From the human T2T-CHM13v2.0 reference genome, Homo sapiens: 64,000 nt of DNA. The notes beneath the pieces were generated by a model that was given only the letters and a program-made list of their open reading frames with translations, did no database searches and was not told the DNA's origin. The stretch lies in assembly GCF_009914755.1 (NCBI RefSeq), contig NC_060932.1. One strand, given 5' to 3'. The position numbers and the translations under genes are program-made. This document shows, one piece after another, positions 11,445-23,960 of the stretch (position 1 is the stretch's first letter; each line of letters starts with the position of its first letter).

Positions 11445-14400
11445 TCAATTCCCACCTTGAATGAGAACATGAGGTGTTTGGTTTTCTATCCTTGTGATAG
11501 TTTGCTGAGAATGATGGTTTCCAGCTTCATCCGTGTCCCTGCAAAGGAAATGAACACATCATTGTTTATGGCTGCATAGAATTCCATGGTGTATGTGTGC
11601 CACATTTTCTTAATCCAGTTTATCATTGATGGACATTTGCATTGGTTCCAAGTCTTTGCTATTGTGAATAGTGGTGCCACAATAAACATACATGTGCATG
11701 TGCCTTTATAGTAGCATGATTTATAATCCTTTGGTTATATACCCCATAATGGAATTGCTGGGTCAAATGGTAATTCTAGTTCCAGGTCCTTGAGGAATCA
11801 CCACACTGTCTTCCACAATGGTTGAGCCAATTTACACTACCACCAACAGTGTAAAAGTGTTCCTATTTCTCCACATCCTCTCCAGCATCTGTTGTTTCCT
11901 GATTTTTTAATGATTGCCATTCTAACTGGCGTGAGATGGTACCTCATTGTGGTATTGATTTGAATTTCTCTGATGGCCAGTGATGATGAGCATTTTTCAT
12001 GTGTCTCTTGGCTGCATAGATGTCTTCTTTTGAGAAGTGTCTGTTCATATTCTTTGACCACTTTTTAACGGGGTTGTTTTTTTCTTGTAAATTTGTTTGA
12101 GTTCTTTGTAGATTCTGGATATTAGCCCTTTGTCAGATAGGTGGATTGCAAAAATTTTCTCCCATTCTCTAGGTTGCCTGTTCACTCTGATGGTATTTTT
12201 TTTTCCTGTGCAGTAGCTCTTTAGTTTAATTAGATCCCATTTGTCTATTTTGGCTTTTGTTGCCATTGCTTTTGGTGTTATAGTCATGGATCCTTGCCCA
12301 TGCCTATGTCCTGAATGGTATCGCCTAGGTTTTCTTCTAGGGTTTTTATGGCTTTAGATCTAACATTTAAGTCTTTAATCCATCTTGAATTAATGTTTGT
12401 ATAAGGTGTAAGGAAGGGATCCAGTTTCAGCTTTCTCCATATGGCTAGCCAGTTTTCCCAGCACCATTTATTAAATAGGGAATCTTTTCCCCATTTCTTG
12501 TTTTTGTCATGTTTGTCAAAGATCAGATGGTTGTAGATGTGTGCATTATTTCTGAGGGCTCTGTTCTGTTCCATTGGTCTATATACCTGTTTTGGTACCA
12601 GTACCATGCTATCTTGGTTACTGAAGCCTTGTAGTATAGTTTGAAGTCAGGTAGTATGATGCCTCCAGCTTTGTTCTTTTGGCTTAGGATTGTCTTGGCA
12701 ATGTGGGCTCTTTTTCGGTTCCACATGAACTTTAAAGTATTTTTTTCCAATTCTGTGAAGAAGGTCATTGGTAGCTTGATGGGGATGGCATTGAATCTAT
12801 AAATTACTTTGGGTAGTATGGCCATTTTCACAATATTGATTCTTCCCATCCATGAGCATGGAATATTCTTCCATTTGTTTGTATCCTCTTCTATTTCATT
12901 GAGCAGTGGTTTGTAGTTCTCCCTGAAGCGGTCCTTCACATCCCTTGTAAGTTGGATTCCAGGTATTTTATTCTCTTTGTAGCAATTGTGAATGGGAGTT
13001 CACTCATGATTTGCTTGTTTGTCTGTATATGAACGCTGGTGATTTTTGCACATTGATTTTGTATCCTGAGACTTTACTGAATTTGCTTATCAGCTTAATG
13101 AGATTTTGGGCTGAGACGATGGGGTTTTCTAAATATACAATCATGTCGTCTGCAAACAGGGACAATTTGACTTCCTCATTTCCTAATTGAATACCCTTTC
13201 TTTCTTTCTCTTGCCTGATTGCCCTGGCCAGAACTTCCAATGCTATGTTGAATAGGAGTGGTGAGAGAGGGCATCCTTTTCTTGTGCCAGTTTTCAAAGG
13301 GAATGCTTCCAGTTTTTGCTCATTCAGTATGATATTGGCTGTGAGTTTATCATAAATAGCTCTTATTATTTTGAAATACGTTGCATCTATACCTAGTTTA
13401 TTGAGAGTTTTTAGCATGAAGAGTTGTTCAATTTTGTCGAAGGCCTTTTCTGCATCTATTGAGATAATGATATGGTTTTTGTCGTTGGTTCTGTTTCTGT
13501 AATGAATTACATTTATTGATTTGCCTATGTTGAACCAGCCTTGCATGCCAGGGATGAAGCTGACTTGATCGTGGTGGATAAGCTTTTTGATGTGCTGCTG
13601 GATTTGGTTTGCCAGTATGTTATTGAGCATTTTCGCATTGATGTTCATCAGGGATATTGGTCTAAAATTCTCTTTTTTTGTTGTGTCCCTGCCAGGCTTT
13701 GGTATCAGGATGATGCTGGCCTCATAAAATGAATTAGGGAAGACTCCCTCTTTTTCTATTGATTGGAATTGTTTCAGAAGGAATAGTACCAGCTCCTCCT
13801 TGTACCTCTGGTAGAATTCGGCTGTGAATCCGTCTGGTCCTGTACTTTTTTTGGTTGGTAGACTATTAATTATTGTCTCAATTTCAGAGCCTGTTATTGG
13901 TCTATTCAGAGATTCAACTTCTTCCTGGTTTAGTATTTGGAGAGGGTATGTGTCCAGAAATTTATCCATTTCTTCTAGATTTTCTAGTTTATTTGCATAA
14001 AGGTGTTTATAGTATTCTCTGATGGTAGTTTGTAATTCTGTGGGATCAGTGGTGATATTCCCTTTATCAATTTTTATTGCATCTATTTGATTCTTCTCTC
14101 TTTTGTTATTGTCTTGCTAGTGGTCTATCAATTTTGTTGATCTTTTCAAAAAGCAGTCCCTGGATTCATTTATTTTTTGAAGGGTTTTTTGTGTCTCTAT
14201 CTCTTTCAGTTCTGCTCTGATCTTGGTTATTTCTTGCCTTCTGCTAGCTTTTGAATTTGTTTGCTCTTGCTGCTCTAGTTCTTTTAATTGTGATGTTAGG
14301 GTGTCAATTTTAGATGTTCCCTGCTTTCTCTTGTGGGCATTTAGTGCTATAAATTTCCCTCTACACACTGCTTTAAATGTGTCCCAGAGATTCTGGTATG

Positions 14401-15245
14401 TTGTGTCTTTGTTCTCATTAGTTTCAAAGAACATCTTTATTTCTGCCTTCATTTTGTTATTTACCCAGTAGTCATTCAGGAGCAAGTTGTTCAGTTTCCA
14501 TGTACTTGTGCAGTTTTGAGTGAGTTTCTTAATCCTGAGTTCTAACTTGATTGCACTGTGGTCTGAGAGAAATTTTTTTGTGATTTCTGTTCTTTTACAT
14601 TTGCTGAGGAGTGCTTTACTTCAAATGATGTGGTCAATTTTAGAATAAGTGTGATGTGGTGTTGAGAAGAATGTATATTCTATTGATTTGTGGTGGAGAG
14701 TTCTGTAGATGTCTATTAAGTCTGCTTGTTGCAGAGCTGAGTTCACATCCTGGATATCCTTGTTAACCTTCTGTCTCGTTCATCTGTCTAATATTGACAG
14801 TGGGGTGTTAAAGTATCCCATTACTATTGTGTGGGAGTTAAGTCTCTTTGTAGGTCTCTAAGGACTTGCTTTATGAATCTGGGTGCTCCTGTTTGGGTAC
14901 ATATATATTTAGGATAGTTAGCTCTTCTTGTTGAATTGATCCCTTTACCATTTTGTAATGGCCTTCTATGTTTCTTTTGATGTTTGTTGGTTTAAAGTCT
15001 GTTTTATTAGAGACTACGATTGCAACCGTTGCTTCTTTTTGCTTTCCATTTGCTTGGTAGATCTTCCTCCACCCCTTTATTTTGAGCCTTTGTGTGTCTT
15101 TGCACGTGAGATTGGTCTCCTGAATACAGCACATTGATGGGTCTTGACTCTTTATCCAATTTGCCAGTCTGTGTCTCTTAATTGGGGCAGTTAGCCCTTT
15201 TACATTTAAGGTTAATATTGTTATGTGTGAATTTGATCCTGTCAT
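11445..15245 (-). pseudogene. L1 ORF2 (endonuclease/reverse transcriptase), broken by stops and frameshifts
   Basis: Fragments MTGSNSHITILTLNV (EN), [15 protein letters not shown] and [11 protein letters not shown] (RT), [17 protein letters not shown] (Cys-rich), spread over several frames. Confidence 0.95.
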
Positions 15246-15308
15246 TATGATGTTCGCTGGTTATTTTGCCCATTAATTGATGCAGTTTCTTCATAGCATC
15301 AATGGTCT

Positions 15309-16333
15309 TTAAAATTTGGCATGTTTTTGCAGTGGCTGGTACTATTTGTTTCTTTCCATGTTTAATGCTTCCTTCAGGAGCTCTTGTAAGGAAGGCCTGG
15401 TGGTGACAGAATCTCTCAGCATTTGCTTGTCTGTAAAGGATTTTATTTCTCCTTCACTTATGAAGCTTAGTTTGGCTGGATATGAAATTCTGGGTTGAAA
15501 ATTCTTTTCTTTAAGAATGTTGAATATTGGCGCCCACTCTCTTCTGGCTTGTAGGGTTTCTGCCAAGAGATCTGCTGTTAGTCTGATGAGCTTCCCTTTG
15601 TGGGTAACTCAACCTTTCTCTCTGCCTGCCCTTAACACTTTTTCCTTCATTTCAACCTTGATGAATCTGAGAATTATGTGTCTTGGGGTTGCTCTTCTCG
15701 AGGAGTGTCTTTGTGGTGTTCTCTGTATTTCCTGAATTTGAATGTTGGCCTGTCTTGCTAGGTTGAGGAAGTTCTCCGGGATAATATCCTGAAGAGTGTT
15801 TTCCAACTTGGTTCCATTCTCCCCATCACTTTCAGGTACACCAATCAAATGTAGATTTGGTCTTTTCACATAATCCCATATTTCTTGGAGGCTTTGTTTG
15901 TTTCTTTTTACTCTTTTTTCTCTAACCTTGTCTTCTCGCTTTATTTCATTAATTTGATCTTCAATCACTGATACCCTTTCTTCCACTTAATCCAATCAGC
16001 TATTGAAGCTTGTGTATGCATCATGAAGTTCTTGTGCCATGCTTTTCAGCTCCATTAGGTCATTTAAGGTCTTCTCTACACTGTTTATTCTAGTTAGCCA
16101 TTCATCTAATCTTTTTTCAAGGTTTTTAGCTTCCTCTCAATGGGTTCAAACATCCTCCTTTAGCTCCAAGAAGTTTGTTATTACTGACCTTCTGAAGCCT
16201 ATTTTTGTCAAATTGTCAAAGTCATTTTCTGTCCAGCTTTGTTCTGTTGCAGTGAGGAGATGCTGTCTCTTGGAGGAGAAGAGGCACTCTGATTTTTAGA
16301 ATTTTCAGCTTTTCTGCTCTGGTTTCTCCCCAT
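15309..16333 (-). pseudogene. L1 ORF1 (RNA-binding chaperone), disrupted
   Basis: Fragments QSLQEIWDYVKRPNLHLIGVPE and ARREWAPIFNILKEKNFQPRISYPAKLSF; premature stops. Confidence 0.93.
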
Positions 16334-16927
16334 CTGTGTGGTTTTATCTACCTTTGGTCTTTCATGTTGGTGACCTACAGATGGGGTTTTGGTGTAGATG
16401 ACCTTTTTGTTGATGTTGATGCTATTCCTTTCTCTTTGTTAGTTTTCCTTCTAACAGTCAGGTCCCTCAGCTGCAAGTGTGTTGGAATTTGCTGGAGTTC
16501 CACTCCAGACCCTATTTGCCTGGGTATCACCAGCAGAGGCTGCAGAACAGCAAATATTGCAGAACAGCAAATATTGCTGCCTGATCCTTCCTCTGGAAGC
16601 TTCGTCCCAGAGAGGCAGCCACCTATATGAGGTATCTGTCAGCCCCTACTGGGAGGTGTCTCCCAGTTAGGCTACATGGGGGTCAGGGACTCACTTGAGG
16701 AGGCAGTCTGTCCATTCTCAGAGCTCAAATGTTGTGCTGGGATAACCACTGCTCTCTTCAGAGCTGTCAGACAAGGACGTTTAAGTCTGCAGAAGCTGTC
16801 TGCTGCCTTTTGTTCTGCTATGCCCTACCCACAGAGATGGAGTCTATAGAAGCCTATGCTGAGCTGCAGTGGGCTCCGCCCAGTTCAAGCTTCCTGGTCG
16901 CTTTGTTTACCTACTCAAGCCTCAGCA

Positions 16928-17086
16928 ATGGCGGACGCCCCTCCCCCAGCCAGGCTGCTACCTCACAGATCCATCTCAGACTGCTGCTCTAGCAGGGAGC
17001 AAGGCTCCATGGTTGTGGGATCGGCTGAGCCAGGCACAGGAAAGAATCACCTTGTTTGCCAGTTGCTAAAACCTTGGGAAAAGTGA
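16928..17086 (+). pseudogene. L1 antisense ORF0 homologue, truncated to 52 aa
   Basis: MADAPPPARLLPHRSISDCCSS... matches the recalled ORF0 start MAGAPPPASLPPCSLISDCC; TGA at 17084-17086. Confidence 0.75.
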
Positions 17087-17346
17087 AGTATTTGGGCAGG
17101 GAGTGTCCCGTTTTTCCATGTAGTCTGTCAGCGCTTCCCTTGGCTAGGAAAGGGATATACCCCGACCCCTTGCACTTCCCAGGTAAGGCGATGCCCCACC
17201 CTGCTTCCGCTTGCCCTCCATGGGCTGCAACCATTGTCCAACCAGTCCCAATGAGATGAACCAGGTACCTCAGTTGGAAATGCAGAAATCACCCATCTTC
17301 TGCGTCAATCATGCTGGGAGCCGCAGACCGGAGCTGCTCCTATTCA

Positions 17347-17355
17347 GCCATCTTG
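17347..17355 (-). promoter_or_regulatory. YY1 site of the L1 internal promoter
   Basis: CAAGATGGC about 10 nt from the L1 5' end. Confidence 0.7.
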
Positions 17356-17599
17356 GAACGCCCCTTGATCTGCAACTCTGAAGCAATATTTGCCATGTGA
17401 CCAGGAGCAAATGACAGTGTTCTGGATATTCCATGAACCCAGCAGGCCAATAAAATACTAAATTCGGAATTGCCATCAGCTTCCTAAGGAGCCTCACATC
17501 TGAGGTTCATACAGTGTTTGGTCTCTTGGGAAGCAAAGCAACTCATTACAGATGTTCGAAGAAAATCAAAATGACATTTTCTCTTATGTAACACCTCTG

Positions 17600-19118
17600 T
17601 CTAGAAGTTGTTCTCAAAGTCTGTTTTTTCCTAGTACCTGGACATATTATGCTTTAGTCTAGCATTTTTCTTTATTTTTATTTTTTATTTTATTGTAAAT
17701 TCTGGGAGCAAGTACGGAACACGCAGGTTTGTTAAGTTTGCTGCACCTATCAAACTGTCATGTAGGTTTTTAAGCCCTGCATGCATTAGCTATTTGTCCT
17801 AATGTTTTCCCTCCTCTTGGCCCCCACCCCAACTGGCCCCAGTGTGTGTTGTTCCCCTCCCTGTGTCCATGTGTTCTCAGTGTTCAACTCCCACTTATGA
17901 GTGAGAACATGCAGTGTTTGGTTTTGTTCCTGTGTTAGTTTGCTGCGGATGATGGCTTCTAGCTTCATCTATGTCCCTGCAAAAGACATGATCTCATTCC
18001 TTTTAATGGCTGCATAGTATTCCATGGTGTATATGTACCACATTTTCTTTATCCAGTCTATCATTAATGGGCATTTGGGTTGGTTCCAAGTCTTTGCTAT
18101 TGTAAATAGTGCTGCAATAAATGTACATGTGCATGTGTCTTTATGGTAGAATAATTTATGTACCTTTGGGTATATACCCAGTAATGGGATTGCTCAGTCA
18201 AATGGTATTTCTGGTTCTAGATCCTTGAGGAATCACCACACTGTCCTCCACAATGGTTGAACTAATTTACATTCCCACCAACAGTGTAAAAGCATTTCTA
18301 TTTCTCCACAGTCTCGACAGCATCTATTGTTTCTTGACTTTTTAATAATCGTTATTCTGACTGGTGTGGGATGTTATCTCATTATGGTTTTGATTTGCAT
18401 TTCTCTAATGACCAGTGATGATGAGCTTTTTTTCATATGTTTGTTGGCCGCAAAAATGTCTACATTAGAGAAGTGTCTGTTGATATTCTCTGCCCACTTT
18501 TTGATGGGACTGTTTCTTTTTTTCTTGTACATTTGTTTAAGTTCTTTGTAGATTCTGGATATTAGATCTTTGACAGATGGGCAGATTGCAAAAATTTTCT
18601 CCCATTCTGTAGGTTGCCTGTTCAGTCTGATAATAGTTTCTTTCACTGTGCAGAAGCTCTTCAGTTAGATCTCATTTGTCAATTTTGGCTTTTGTTGCAA
18701 TTGCTTTTGGGGTTTTCATCATGAAGTCTCTGCCCATGTCTATGGTCTGGATGGTATTGCCTAGGTTTTCTTCTAGGGTTTTTATGGTTTTGGGTTTTAC
18801 ATTTAAGTCTTTAATCCATCTTGAGTTAATTTTTGTATAAGGTGTAAGGAAGTGGTCCAGTTTCAGTTTTCTGCATATGGCTTAGTCTAGCATTTTGCTA
18901 CTGTGACTTGTGATTTATTACTAGGTCAGGAAATTTATTTAGGGACCATGACCATTATTTTTATAACATGAAATAGAATAGACACTACAGAGATAACACA
19001 CATAATAAAAATGAGTTTATGAAAATTGCTGTGTTCTGTATGTATACTAGGTCACAATGTAAAATATGTTTCTTACTGCGACTTATAGTCAAAAAGAATT
19101 TGAGGAACAATGCATCTA
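17600..19118. mobile_element. hAT-Charlie MITE (MER119-like), split by an L1 insertion
   Basis: Left end ctagaagttgttctcaaagt; resumes at 18882 and ends aaaatatgtttcttactgcgacttatagtcaaaaagaatttgaggaacaatgcatctag. Confidence 0.55.
17669..18881 (-). mobile_element. 5'-truncated LINE-1 (L1PA8/8A-like), 1.2 kb
   Basis: 3'UTR with ttttaagccctgcatgcattagc, ORF2 C-terminal remnant; perfect 15-bp TSD ttagtctagcatttt (17654-17668 / 18882-18896). Confidence 0.93.
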
Positions 19119-19919
19119 GTCAATATCTAAAAAATGAAACGATAGTTTTATTAAGAGTATAGGAAAGGTTGATGCTTGCAAGATGTTTTCTTTTTGAAGA
19201 AAATAATCTTATCTTGTGGTAATGCTTTCCTTGCTAAGTTCAAAACTAATCATGCAGAAAAATACATTACTCATGTTCCTGACAAAACTGTATTAAAGAC
19301 CTGGTTTAGACGGATGGCCACAGTGGGCTTCCTAATGTGTGTCAGGGTACATGCTACTCAGTTGCATGCAGAACTAAGTGACTGCAGATCTCACTGGGGT
19401 CTGCACTGCTCCAACAAGCTTATCACGTGAAGGATTCTTTGGACCCGGCGAGAAAAGAGAAAGAGCTCAGAAGCATTTCTTCACCCAGACTCACCAGTAA
19501 GTTACTTCATATTTCCTCTACAAAGGGGGCAGAATGAGTGAGAAAAGTCTAGATGAGTGGTCTGGATGAGTGAGAGCAGATGTGGAATAGAGGTCCAGAG
19601 TGTTATTCTAGTGGAAATTCCTTCAGGGAAACACAAAGCCATGGAAGCATGAGGCCTATGAATTCACCTATGCATGGTCTCTTCTTTCAGAGAGTGGCAT
19701 TTGAGATATCACCATTTTCCGCAACTTATCTTTCCTGGTTTGAGTTATACAGTCAGCTGAGGTGTAGAAAATCCACTATGGGAAGTAAATCCAATAACTT
19801 ATTGGGGGTAAGTTACCTACCCTACCACACTGGCACTACTCTTTCTTTGTGTACTTTCCTGGGATCTCTGTGGACAATTAAACTTTAATACCCAGAAGAT
19901 ACATCTTTTCAATGCACAC

Positions 19920-21827
19920 CCAGACTCCCCCATGCAAGCACACCCAAAAAGTGTAACAAAATGGCCCATGTGTAGGCTAGATGTGTTAACAGCAGGTTCT
20001 TCTCCATGCCCCATTTTGGGCAAAGGCCTATGTGCATTAGTCATGGTGTTTTTGGGCTTATTCTCTGTTCTGTGGTATAAAGATAATGTCGAAAATGTCA
20101 AAAGGCCTGAAGATATGCCTATAGCTAACAGTATGAAGAAAAAGAGAGAGTATTTACATTTCTATAGCACAGAAAGTCAAGCTTTTGGAGAAACTGTATA
20201 GTGATGTACGTATAAAACATCTTACAAAAGAGTATGGTGTTAGAATAACTACCATATATGGCCGAAAGAAAGAGAAGGAAAAACTGTTCAAGTTCTATGC
20301 TAAAAGTGCTAAACAGAAGTTAACGAAAAATAGTCCGGGCATGTTGGCTCATGTCTATAATCCTAGCACTTTGGGAGGCCAAGAGTTCAAGAAGTTAATG
20401 AAAAATGGAAAACACTGCAACAAGCTAAAAATGAAGATTTCGATCATGTATTGAATGAGTGGATCCATGAGTGTAATTTCCCCCAAATGTGATTTTATTA
20501 ATTTAGCCACATAACCAGGGTATCCTTAGATCAATGAAGAATAAATATAAGAACACTTTCTTGAACAGTAGGCTAGAAACGTGTTCACACAGAGACATGA
20601 GTGTGGAAGGTTTTCAAGAGTTTAGTATGAGGCATGCCATACATGCTGCAGCCAATGCCTGGAACACAGTGACTAAAGACACAGTTGTACGTGCCTGGCG
20701 CAGTCTCTGGCCTGAGAATAGGTTCGGTGATAATGATGAATAAAGTGGTGGCTTTGAAGGACTCTGTATGTCAAGTGAGAAAAAAAATGATGTCTGATCT
20801 TTTTAAGCATGTAAAAAATATACCTTCAGAGTCCATCAGTAAGCTGAAAGAAGTGACTATCAAAGAACTTTTTAACATCAATAATGAGGCTCCAATTATT
20901 CATTCATTGACCAATGATGAGATACCTGAAATTGCTGTGAATTAAGGTGATTGTGATAATAGTGACAATGAAGATAGCGTTGTTAACACTGCAGAAAAGG
21001 TGCCTATAGATGACATGGTAAAAATGTGTGACAGGATCATTGAAAGACTACAGCAGCATATGTTATAACAAAACAACAAATCATATCAGTTCATGAAATC
21101 AAAGAGAAACTTCTAAGACAAAAACCATTGTTAATGAGGCAGATGGCTCTGGAGGAAACATTTTAAGAAGCCCTCCAACAGAATGCCTCCTCATAGCTAG
21201 AGGGCCCACTTCCTTGTCCATCACCTGCTCCTGATGTTTCTTCTCACTTAAAAAATAAAATCTTGTGTACAGTAACCTTCAACTAAAACACAGCATCATA
21301 GGTAGAGAATGAAAGCCTGCCATTGTTTGTTGTTGCTGTTGTTTAACAGCTGATCTAGGTATTCTGGTGATGCCACTGTACTTCTTGGCTAAACTAAGCA
21401 CATTATTTCTTCACTGTACTAATGGTAAGTCATTTTTTTTTCCTGTTAAGTGTTTATGAGTGAATATTGTAAAAAAAAGTGATTGCTTATCTCTAACATA
21501 TAAATTCAGAATCAGGAATCGTGGTGATGCCAAACAACCACAGGTTGTCCACAGGGGTGGCTGAGATAGTGGCACCTTTGCTCTCTGAAGGTTCAGTGTT
21601 CACAAACATTGTTTCTTGAACAAAATTATTAAAAAGGTATTGTATGAAACTGCCTCCAGGCTATGTGCATATGATAGATAAAAAAATAAATTAATTTTGT
21701 GTTTAAAATTGGGTCTCATCCCCAAGGTAATTCATTGTGTATATTCAAATATTGCAGAATCTGAAAACATTGGAAATCCAAAATACTTCTGGTACCAAGC
21801 ATTTTAAATAAGGGATACTCAATCTCT
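19920..21827 (+). mobile_element. Tigger4 (Zombi) DNA transposon, internally deleted, left TIR not seen
   Basis: Pogo/CENP-B HTH remnant (KHLTKEYGVRITTIYG.KKEKEKLFKFYA), DDE-region remnant (HAIHAAANAWNTVTKDTVVRAWRSLWP), right TIR ataagggatactcaatctcta. Confidence 0.85.
20333..20392 (+). mobile_element. Tailless Alu 5' fragment inserted in Tigger4
   Basis: Alu start GtCCGGGC...GCACTTTGGGAGGCCaaGAGTTCAAGA with no tail; TSD agaagttaa(c/t)gaaaaat at 20315-20331 / 20390-20406. Confidence 0.85.
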
Positions 21828-22081
21828 ACATAAAAATATCTCAAACTTAACCATAATACTTTTATCAATTCCTAGGAAGAAATGATGAAACATTAAATTT
21901 GTGGCCCTTTCTAAATAAATCAAAGATCAAAAATTTTCAACAAGTAAAAAAAAAGATAAATCCAGACTTCTTAAGTTCAAAAGAAATCTGTTAAATTCCA
22001 AAAGCTATCCCTATCATCAAATTTTCTTATTTTGTTCATTCTTAGCCAACGGCAGGTCACCGTGATACCTGAGTAGATTTG

Positions 22082-22084
<3 letters not shown>

Positions 22085-22123
<39 letters not shown>
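22085..22123. repeat. Pure T39 tract
   Basis: Directly visible. Confidence 0.95.
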
Positions 22124-22125
<2 letters not shown>

Positions 22126-22589
22126 TTACTTGCAGTCTTGGCTATATTCTATGGGAATACATTTTCCCTAGGATCAGAATTTGAGTTATTTTGACACTAG
22201 CAATATCAATAAGGGTTTGGTCAGAAAACGGAAACTACTCCAGGTTAGCTTGATTAAAGAGATATTTATTACATGGAATTAGAAGTTTATATAATCATTT
22301 GAAGAGCTGATGGATTAAGATCAGAATACCTCTTTCAGAAAATCTCAAAGTGTAGCACTCACCAGGAAGTCACAACAAATGATCCCAGCCTCAGCCAGGC
22401 GGGTAATTCTCAAAACAAATCACAGAAGCCATGGGAAGCCACCACTGTTGTTTTGAGCTGCTTACCTCCAATGACTTCTTTTCTACTTCCTACTCTATGA
22501 AAATGCCCCTCAGTGACCAAAGCTAAGGGTATAAAAATTACCCTGGCACTAGTTCTACACCCATGAAAGTTTGAAACTCAAGCAAATTT

Positions 22590-22631
22590 GTCTACAGCCA
22601 TACCACCCTGAACACACCTGATCTCATCTGA
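22590..22631 (+). pseudogene. 5S rRNA retropseudogene, nt 1-42 only, tailless
   Basis: GTCTACaGCCATACCACCCTGAACaCaCCtGATCTCaTCTGA versus 5S GTCTACGGCCATACCACCCTGAACGCGCCCGATCTCGTCTGA: 5 differences, all at CpG; TSD tgaaactcaagc(a/t)aattt. Confidence 0.93.
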
Positions 22632-23784
22632 AACTCAAGCTAATTTCTAGGTCTTTGGGGCAGTTATCTAAATAAAACATTTTTCCTAGAAAGCAGTACT
22701 TAGTAAAAATCTAGATCTTTGTGACAGGCTTCAGAAGAAACTCAGTAATATTCAGTGGTCGCATCGCCCATAAGTCTAGTGCAATTACATGAAATTATGG
22801 CTTGTGAACATGAAGTCAAATGGGAGAACTCTCTCATTGAGAGCTAGATACAGATATTGATCATGCAGGGAGGACAGGAATGCACCTATTACAGCTTCCT
22901 CTGTCAGAGAGTAGGATTTGAGATATCACTGCTTTAGTGCAAAATTTAGAAATTTCCCAAGCCTTCTTTGGGCTGCCTTTCTTTCTCATCTATTATATTT
23001 AAAATCTCATCTTGTGTTACCCTTTGACCTCTTTGCTTTTGGCACCCCAGCAATGAACCCACCATGGCTTCTGTCTAATCATATGGCCTATTTTTCCGAG
23101 CTAGCATTTCTTGCTGCTACTGATCATAAATAAGGCCCCTGAATTCTGCTTCTGAGGTTTCATTTACTTTGTTTTGCCTGAAACATTTGTTTTGCTTCAC
23201 CCTAGCAGATTGCTGACCAAAACTGCTGTTGGAGTTTGAGAATCTGTGTCTCTCAAGGCCTGGTCAGAGCCAACATTTTGCCACACACTATTTCCCAGAG
23301 CCTGTTCTTCCCCAGCCCCTTGTCTCTTCAGGTCGTGAATAACTGAGAAACTTTAATGTCAGCAAAAATGTTTTCTTCTACCGTCACTTTTTCTGGAGTA
23401 CTACAACATGTCTCTGTTGTTCACTTTTTCCTCTGATTCATTTCAGGGCGGCCCAGCTATGTTTTTATAATTAAAGGCACTTTCTTTTTTGTACCACCCA
23501 AAAAACTCATCCTGTTTTCTGGAACCTCCACTTTTCTTTCCAGGCATTTATTTTTCTAACATATTCCTCTAGATTTAGCCTTGCTCAACTGCCACCAATC
23601 TGTCTGTCCTAGAAGAAATGTGAATTTAATGAACTGTGAGTCTGCCAAAAAAACCCCACTTTCAAACAAATGTGTCTACTCTCCCCACCCCATTCTGTGT
23701 TGCATAATCACACCTAGAAAGCATCCTCTCATCAGATGACCTTCTAATCCAGCACTAACCTTCAATATAAGACAGACAGTAAAT

Positions 23785-23960
23785 TATAGTGCTCAAGAGC
23801 CCAGATGCTGGAGCTGGGCCATCACTTACATTACTATGCCTTAATTTTCTTATCTGTACAATGGAAATATTAATAGTCTCTCCCTTCTGAAATTACTATA
23901 AATATTAAATGAGCTCTTACATAAAATTCTAAAATTAGTATATAATACATATTAATAGGT
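23785..23960 (+). mobile_element. MIR relic
   Basis: atagtgctcaagagcccagatgctggagc...ccttaattttcttatctgtacaatggaaatattaatag. Confidence 0.65.

Larger units (their letters stand above)
11229..17365 (-). mobile_element. Full-length LINE-1 (L1PA6-like; L1PA5-7 range), about 6.1 kb, disabled
   Basis: Poly(T) from 11228; 3'UTR, ORF2, ORF1 and 5'UTR ending (reverse complement) GGGGCGTTCCAAGATGGCTGAATAGG; 14-bp TSD tgatctggaactct (11215-11228) / tgatctgcaactct (17366-17379). Confidence 0.97.

Noticed and set aside
13004-13969. 321-aa reverse transcriptase ORF as a novel RT system
   Set aside because: It is the RT part of ordinary L1 ORF2, with frameshifts on both sides
16541-16580. Direct repeat gcagaacagcaaatattgc
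   Set aside because: Recalled as a normal feature of L1PA5/6 5'UTRs, not locus-specific
20093-21165. JRK/TIGD-like domesticated transposase gene
   Set aside because: Decayed Tigger4 with stops, frameshifts, an Alu insertion and a large internal deletion
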